In this document: piece by piece, positions 26,742-32,422 of the stretch
Layout of the letters: each line of letters opens with the position of its first letter
How positions within the stretch are numbered: the stretch's first letter is position 1
Sequence record: SRR2962707_1875
Reading direction: 5' to 3' (one strand)
Length of the DNA stretch: 32,422 nt
The notes under the pieces: model-generated
The model's input: only the letters and a program-made list of their open reading frames with translations
Databases searched by the model: none
What the model was told of the DNA's origin: nothing
Program-made: the position numbers and the translations under genes

Positions 26742-28193
26742 ATGCTGATTATTCCTGCCGAGAATGCCGTAAACTGGAAACGCCCACCCTGGGTAACCCT
26801 GGGCCTGATCATGGCCTGCCTGCTGGTCTTTCTGTTCTACCAGGGCGGAGACGACCGCAAGTTCGAAGCCGCACTGGAAGACTATCTGGAGAGCGATCTG
26901 CTGGCCCTGGAGGCCCCCGCTTACGAGGATTACCTGCAGCGGGAAATCCAGTTCGAAGGCAGCCAGCAGCGGGTTCTGGAGTTGCAGGAATTCCAGCAAC
27001 TTCAGGAAAATGAGGAGGAACTCTGGCAGGCGGTGACGCTGCTGCTGGATCGTGAGTTTTACCAGTATCTGCAGCAGAACCGGGACCTGATCTGGGCCCC
27101 GGCCCAGCGCAACCTTTGGCTGGAGCAGCGCTCGGCGATTGAGCAACAGTGGATCAGCCGGATGAGTGCCTATCAGTTGGGACTGGTGCCGGCAGAGCTC
27201 TCGCTGTACACGCTCATTACCTACCAGTTCCTGCATGGCGGCTGGGGCCACATTATTGGTAACCTTCTGTTCCTGTTCCTGCTGGGTTTTACCGTGGAAA
27301 AAGCGCTGGGTCCGGGGCGATTTCTGGTGGCTTATCTGGTGTGCGGTGCTTTGTCCGGCCTGGTATTCACCGCCTTTTCCATGGGTAGTCAGGTACCTCT
27401 GGTGGGCGCGTCCGGCTCCATTTCCGGGTTGATGGGCATGTATGTGGCTATTTACGGGCTGCAGCGCATTCGCTTCTTCTACTTCCTGGGCGTTTACTTC
27501 AACTATTTCCGGGCACCGGCCATCGCCATGCTGCCGGTCTGGCTGGGCAAGGAAATCTATGACTACTGGTTTGCCGGTGCCACCGGTATTGCCTATATGG
27601 CCCATGCCGGTGGCCTGGCGGCCGGTGCAGGGTTGGTTTGGCTGCTGGGCCAGAGCTGGCTGCAGGTGAAAGAAGAGTTCTTCGAACCGGAGCAGGAAGA
27701 ACAGGACGAACAGTTCACCAAGGCCTATGGCCAGGCCATGGCCAGCCTTGGCCGCATGGAGTTCGATCTGGCCCGGCGCCAGTTCGAGGCGTTGCGGGAG
27801 CGTTATCCGGAACGGCCCGTGCTGCTCGAGCACCTGTATCAACTGGCTAAATTAAGGCCGGACCTGGACAGCTACCGGATGCGTGCCGAAGAAATGATGG
27901 CCGATGCCATCGCCCGGCGGCAGCCGGAACAGATGGTGGATGTCTGGCAGGAGTATCTGAGCAAGGGCGAGGCCTATCATCCGTTGGCACCGGAGGCGCA
28001 CAATCGTGTGCTGTTCGCCAGCCTGAAACGCCATGATTTCAAAGCCGCAGAGAAGGCGTTTGAACGCATGCGAGCCAAGGCCGAACCGGACATGGTGAAT
28101 GAAGCCTGCCGGCTACTGGTGGCGGAGTTCGAGAAACTGCAGATGGAGCCGAAAGCGCGCCATTACCGGCAGCTGTTGCAGGTTCACGGCTGA
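26742..28193 (+). CDS. Rhomboid family intramembrane serine protease with an extramembrane insert and C-terminal TPR-like domain
   Basis: PWVTLGLI, TYQFLHGGWGHIIGNLLFL, catalytic Ser VGASGSISG, catalytic His AYMAHAGG, followed by a helical repeat tail of about 170 aa. Confidence 0.9.
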   Translation: MLIIPAENAVNWKRPPWVTLGLIMACLLVFLFYQGGDDRKFEAALEDYLESDLLALEAPAYEDYLQREIQFEGSQQRVLELQEFQQLQENEEELWQAVTLLLDREFYQYLQQNRDLIWAPAQRNLWLEQRSAIEQQWISRMSAYQLGLVPAELSLYTLITYQFLHGGWGHIIGNLLFLFLLGFTVEKALGPGRFLVAYLVCGALSGLVFTAFSMGSQVPLVGASGSISGLMGMYVAIYGLQRIRFFYFLGVYFNYFRAPAIAMLPVWLGKEIYDYWFAGATGIAYMAHAGGLAAGAGLVWLLGQSWLQVKEEFFEPEQEEQDEQFTKAYGQAMASLGRMEFDLARRQFEALRERYPERPVLLEHLYQLAKLRPDLDSYRMRAEEMMADAIARRQPEQMVDVWQEYLSKGEAYHPLAPEAHNRVLFASLKRHDFKAAEKAFERMRAKAEPDMVNEACRLLVAEFEKLQMEPKARHYRQLLQVHG

Positions 28194-28211
28194 GGCGTGG
28201 CAGGCACGCCC

Positions 28212-29666
28212 TCAGTCTGAAACCTGAAAGCTCGCTTTTGGCCCTTTCAACGGTTGTTGGTTCGCCGCCTGTTCCAGCCAGACATCAATATGCTCGTGGG
28301 CCGGATGGTTCACGCAGCGCTTCTTGATGAACGACAGGAACGCACTGGCTTTTTCCCATTGCTGCAGGCCATTGGCCAGGGCCTGGGCCACAATCAGATA
28401 GGCGGGTGCCAGCTGCTCGCTGTCCGGGAAGCGTTTGTGGAAATCCTGCAGTAAACGGATGGCCGCTTTGTGGTGGCCCCGATGGTACAGGGTGCCGGCA
28501 CACTGCACCGCCAGTTCCGAGTCGTCCAGCTGGAACTTCGGCTCCACCATCTGCAGCGCCTGTAACAGTTGATTCAGCCCGTCTCCATCATGCCGTTGGG
28601 CCAGCCAGGCCATAATCCTGGGGTGGTAGCGGTACAGCTCTTCGGCATCATTGCGGGCGGTCAGCAGCTGGTAAAGCTGGCCGATGCGGGCAGGGTTGGT
28701 CCGGTCCCGTTTGAGGGCTTCCTTGAGCATGCTCTGCACACGGTCGTAGTTGCCATCCTTCAGGTTCATATCCAGATCGGCATCAAACCGGCTGCTGCGA
28801 TCCCGCTGGTGTTGGTCGGTTTCCGAGATCTCGTCCTGAAGGTCTGAGGCAAAGCCGAGTTCTTCCTGATACTGGAACAGCAGGTAGCCCAGCATGTGAA
28901 ACAGGATCAGGGTAAAGGTACTGTTCAGGAAACCGGCCAGGGGTTGGGCCACCCACATGGGGAAATGGTTCACGGCAAAATCCTGCGCCGCGCCGGAAGC
29001 CAGGGTGAGCAGAATCAGGTACCCGTAAAGCAGGAAGTAGGGCGTGCCGATGCGTGAGATCAGCACCGCCAGGTTCATGGGGTTTACAGCAGCGCCCACA
29101 GAGCGTTCCATGGCAAGCACCATGATGCTGGCCGGCAGTGCCAGTACCACAAACGCCACGGCCAGCATCATCAGTATCGGCCCGCCCAGCATGGCGGCGG
29201 CGCCTACCAGGCCGCCCATAAGCACAAACACCAGCAGTTGCAGCACCACAATGTCAAAACCGCTGCCGGTAAACGCCACCGACACTGCTGGCGGTTTCAG
29301 ATGGCCTTCAGCGGTGTGATTGATCACCGCATAGGTGTACTTGAACAGCGCCAGCGCCAGCACCAGCCAGATGATCAGGCCAATAATATTGGCTGGCGCC
29401 ACTACAGGAACCAACGTGCAGATGGCGATGACAATCAGCGGATCGGTGTGGAAGGGGTAACGGAAAAAGGCCCCGACCCGCTGCCAGAAGGGCACCACTT
29501 CGGTGGCGGCGCCCAGATAACGCATGGCTTTACTGCAGCGGGGACAAAGCCCCCGACGCTGGCGGGTATCGGCATCCGGCATACAACGGCTGCAGTAGTG
29601 CATCTGGCATTCGCCACAATGCCACTTGGCAGGGTCGCCCGGATGGTAATGACAATCGTGCTTCAC
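28212..29666 (-). CDS. B-box-like Zn finger + multi-pass membrane domain (DUF4013-like) + TPR-like tail
   Basis: CHYHP…CGEC…CSRC…CPRC, then about six TM helices, then helical repeats (…FHKRFPDSEQLAPAYLIVA…). GTG start with AGGA upstream. Confidence 0.8.
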   Translation of the reverse strand: MKHDCHYHPGDPAKWHCGECQMHYCSRCMPDADTRQRRGLCPRCSKAMRYLGAATEVVPFWQRVGAFFRYPFHTDPLIVIAICTLVPVVAPANIIGLIIWLVLALALFKYTYAVINHTAEGHLKPPAVSVAFTGSGFDIVVLQLLVFVLMGGLVGAAAMLGGPILMMLAVAFVVLALPASIMVLAMERSVGAAVNPMNLAVLISRIGTPYFLLYGYLILLTLASGAAQDFAVNHFPMWVAQPLAGFLNSTFTLILFHMLGYLLFQYQEELGFASDLQDEISETDQHQRDRSSRFDADLDMNLKDGNYDRVQSMLKEALKRDRTNPARIGQLYQLLTARNDAEELYRYHPRIMAWLAQRHDGDGLNQLLQALQMVEPKFQLDDSELAVQCAGTLYHRGHHKAAIRLLQDFHKRFPDSEQLAPAYLIVAQALANGLQQWEKASAFLSFIKKRCVNHPAHEHIDVWLEQAANQQPLKGPKASFQVSD

Positions 29667-29785
29667 GTGAGACAGTTCCTGATCCGTCAGAAATCAGCCG
29701 CCAATCATGACAGAACTCGACCCGAGCCGCACCCGCTGTGTTCACAGTTGAGAGGCGGACATGGCCGCGCTCGCCTGTGACGCGA

Positions 29786-30772
29786 TCAGGATTCCTGCCA
29801 ACGCTGGCGCACCTCAAGTATCGCCGGCAGGCAGCGGAAGAAGGCTTCGACCAGTTCCGGGTCGAAATGCTTGCCGCTTTGCCCGCGAATCAGATCCGTT
29901 GCCTGTTCTATCGGCCATGCTTTCTTGTAAGGGCGCTCGCTGGTGAGAGCGTCGAAGACATCGGCCAGGGCCACGATCCGGGCAGAGATGGGGATGGCGG
30001 TTCCTTTCAGGCCTTTCGGGTAGCCGCTGCCGTCCCATTTCTCGTGGTGGTTCAAGGCCACTTCCCGCGCCATGTTAAGCAGATCTGAGCCGTCTTCACC
30101 GATGATCTCCGCTCCGATTTCCGCGTGGCGCTGCATGATGGCCCATTCATCCGGCTCCAGCTTGCCAGGTTTCTGGAGAATGGCGTCCGGAATGCCGATC
30201 TTGCCGATATCGTGCATCGGGGCGGCATTGAGCAGGGTGTCGGACCAGGCTTCGCCGAGGCCGGCCTCCAGCGCGATCAACCGCGAGAAATGGCTCATGC
30301 GGATAACGTGCAGGCCGGTTTCGTTGTCCTTGTATTCCGCCGCGCGCCCCAGCCGCTGAACGACGGCCAACCGGGTCTCTATCAGCTCGTCCATACGCAC
30401 CAGAGACAGATGGTTTTTCACCCTGGCCCGGACAATCGCCGCATTCACGGGTTTCGTAAGGTAGTCCACAGCACCCAGCTCAAAGCCCCGGGCTTCGTCA
30501 TCGGCATCAGACAATGCGGTCACGAAGATCACCGGGATAGTGCGGGTCTCCTGGCCGGCCTTCAGGGTTTTGCACACCTCGTAACCGGACATGCCCGGCA
30601 TCATCACATCCAGCAGAACAAGATCCGGTTTTTCGCTGCGTGCCAGTTCCAGCGCCCGTTCACCATCTTTGGCGAACAGCAGCCGGTAGTGGTCGGAAAG
30701 TACGTTGCGCAGTACCTGAAGGTTGGCTGGCTCGTCGTCCACCAGCAGCAGGGTCTTGGTGTCGGTCAGCAT
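29786..30772 (-). CDS. Response regulator with HD-GYP c-di-GMP phosphodiesterase domain (RpfG family)
   Basis: REC (LLVDD, LLDVMMP, FVTA, YLTKP), ETGLHVIRM, MHDIGKIG, HHEKWDGSGYP, ADVFDALTSERPYK. Confidence 0.95.
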   Translation of the reverse strand: MLTDTKTLLLVDDEPANLQVLRNVLSDHYRLLFAKDGERALELARSEKPDLVLLDVMMPGMSGYEVCKTLKAGQETRTIPVIFVTALSDADDEARGFELGAVDYLTKPVNAAIVRARVKNHLSLVRMDELIETRLAVVQRLGRAAEYKDNETGLHVIRMSHFSRLIALEAGLGEAWSDTLLNAAPMHDIGKIGIPDAILQKPGKLEPDEWAIMQRHAEIGAEIIGEDGSDLLNMAREVALNHHEKWDGSGYPKGLKGTAIPISARIVALADVFDALTSERPYKKAWPIEQATDLIRGQSGKHFDPELVEAFFRCLPAILEVRQRWQES

Positions 30773-32422
30773 TGCGAGGCCTCCAGGGTATCGCGAAAAG
30801 TGATCAGAAGTTCGGCCGCTTTCTCTGGTTCGAAGTCGTCGAGAGCCTCGTTCATCGCATCGGCGATCTCCGTGGGCAGTCCTGGCTTCAACTGGTCGAT
30901 AGCGCGTTCCGGAATTTCGCCCTGGCTCAGGCGTTCGATCGCTTGTGCCAGCGTTTTCGGGTCTATGGCATCCGGTTCAGTCCAGCTTGCGGGGCGCGTT
31001 TCAGAGTCCGCTGATTGTTCGGTCAGCCACTGGCGTGCCCGATCAAAATCGTTCTGGAGCTCCTGCCACAGGGCCTCCGGCACCGGTTTTTCCGATTTCA
31101 GCCGGGTCTCCAGGTTTGCCAGCGTTGCCGCTAAACGCCGGAAACCCAGATTACCGGCAATGCCGCGAACCCGGTGGGCTTCGGCTGTCGGGTTATCGGG
31201 GCAGAGCCGGATTGCTTCGGGTTGATTCTCTGGCGCTTGCAACAGACGTCCTGCCGCCCGTAGGTGTTTTTGGGCGTCCGGCCAGAGCTGCCTGAGCGTG
31301 ACGGTATCTATCGTACTGTCGTCGACATCATGACCTGCATTGCTCGGTGCCGAAGCCTCTATGCCCAGGACTCTGGCCATCTCGGCAGTGAGTTCCGGCA
31401 GATTGAGTGGTTTGATGGCGAAGCCGTCCATCCCTGCCTCGGAAGCCTGCCTCCGATCGTCTTCCAGCACGCTGGCGGTAAGAGCAATTACGGGCGTGTA
31501 TCGTCGCTGGGCGGCTGCTTCATGTCGACGTATCGCCCGGGTGGCTTCGTGGCCGTTTATTCCGGGCATTTGCACATCCATCAGAATCAGATCGAAAACC
31601 TGGTTACGATAGAGGTCTATCGCTTCTTGTCCGTTCCCGGCCGTGGTGACCTCATGTTTGCGGTGAAGCAGCAGGGTTTTCAGCAGTTCGAGATTTTGTG
31701 GCACGTCATCAGCAACCAGAATGCGCAAAGGGGGAAGAGCGACTTCCTGGTCTGCCAGCGTACCCTCGTCCACGGCCAGGCCGGTAGGCAGGGGCAGTTC
31801 TACCTGGAAAACCGAGCCTTCACCCGGGCTGCTGGTCACGCTGATGGTGCCACCCATCAGTTCCACCAGTTGTCGGGCAATGGTCGTGCCCAGGCCAGTG
31901 CCACCAAAGCGACGGGTCATGCTGGAATCGGCCTGGGTAAACGGTTCGAAAATCCTGTCGATGCGATCGGCAGAAATGCCAATGCCGGTATCCTCAACCC
32001 GGATAACGACCTTGTGCACAGAGGGCTCCTGCACCTTCAGGGTGACGCCGCCTGTCTGGGTGAATTTTACGGCATTGCTTAACAGATTCAGCACCACTTG
32101 CTGAATGCGCAAGGGATCGCCCTGGTAGTATTCTCCGGCCTGGTAATCCAGTGTCAGATACAGCCCTTTGCGCGCGGCATTCAGGGATTGCGTGGCAATC
32201 ACCTGGTCACAGAGGCGGCGCAGGTTAAAATCGTGCAGTTCGAGATCGGTATGACCACCGTCCAGTTTGGCGGTGTCCAGTATATCGTTGAGCAGGTTAA
32301 GCAGAGACCGGGCCGAGGTTTTCACCACGCCAAGATGCCGTGCCTGGGTTTCATCCAGCGGTGTGTCCAGTACCAGGTCTGTGAAGCCGATAATGGCGTT
32401 CATCGGGGTGCGGATTTCATGG
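30766..32422 (-). CDS. Hybrid sensor histidine kinase (HisKA-HATPase-REC-HPt), 5'-truncated by the window
   Basis: Frame extends to the window edge as HEIRTPMNAIIGF; NLLSNAVKFT, DTGIGI, FGGTGLG, REC ADD…LMDVQMP…KP, HPt AHRVRGIAGNLG. Stop overlaps the HD-GYP start. Confidence 0.9.
   Translation of the reverse strand, partial: HEIRTPMNAIIGFTDLVLDTPLDETQARHLGVVKTSARSLLNLLNDILDTAKLDGGHTDLELHDFNLRRLCDQVIATQSLNAARKGLYLTLDYQAGEYYQGDPLRIQQVVLNLLSNAVKFTQTGGVTLKVQEPSVHKVVIRVEDTGIGISADRIDRIFEPFTQADSSMTRRFGGTGLGTTIARQLVELMGGTISVTSSPGEGSVFQVELPLPTGLAVDEGTLADQEVALPPLRILVADDVPQNLELLKTLLLHRKHEVTTAGNGQEAIDLYRNQVFDLILMDVQMPGINGHEATRAIRRHEAAAQRRYTPVIALTASVLEDDRRQASEAGMDGFAIKPLNLPELTAEMARVLGIEASAPSNAGHDVDDSTIDTVTLRQLWPDAQKHLRAAGRLLQAPENQPEAIRLCPDNPTAEAHRVRGIAGNLGFRRLAATLANLETRLKSEKPVPEALWQELQNDFDRARQWLTEQSADSETRPASWTEPDAIDPKTLAQAIERLSQGEIPERAIDQLKPGLPTEIADAMNEALDDFEPEKAAELLITFRDTLEASQC

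Noticed and set aside
26742-28193. Rhomboid as a rhombosortase, given the nearby sortase locus
   Set aside because: Much longer than rhombosortases, with an insert and a TPR tail, and no GlyGly-CTERM substrate is visible in the window.
28190-28215. Small hairpin GGCGTG-GCAGG-CACGCC between the convergent stops as a terminator or REP
   Set aside because: Only a 6-bp core stem, no U-tract, and no other copy seen in the window.
1-32422. CRISPR array, tRNA/rRNA, IS element or prophage
   Set aside because: No regularly spaced repeats, RNA-gene signatures, or transposase, integrase or phage structural motifs seen, and the intergenic gaps are short.

Overview
GC-rich gammaproteobacterial chromosomal window, most consistent with a marine Marinobacter-like organism (inferred from gene content). 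It has about 25 protein-coding genes and no rRNA, tRNA, CRISPR array or transposase that I can see. Left to right: the 3' part of a giant coiled-coil/AAA+ ATPase (DUF3686/'DNA repair ATPase', PA3728-like), an orphan tail-anchored protein, a convergent SPFH/band-7 protein, a pho-box-preceded glycerophosphodiester phosphodiesterase, YtoQ, a retropepsin-like exported protease, an apparently split PGAP1-like lipase (catalytic gene plus small helical partner), an OMP beta-barrel, cysK behind a triple-SBP diguanylate cyclase, a DUF815 ATPase, a proteobacterial dedicated sortase system (DUF3422-pdsS-pdsR divergent from a VIT-vWA target ending in YPQTA and a class GN sortase), plsC, GlsB/YeaQ, MAPEG, a signal-less Pal/OmpA-C protein, a rhomboid-TPR protease convergent with a B-box/membrane/TPR protein, and a hybrid kinase plus HD-GYP regulator cut by the window end. 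The best candidate for an undescribed system is the rhomboid-TPR / B-box-TPR pair, whose C-terminal domains align without gaps over about 100 residues. The atypical sortase locus and the split lipase come next. All family calls are from motif recognition by eye; no searches were run.
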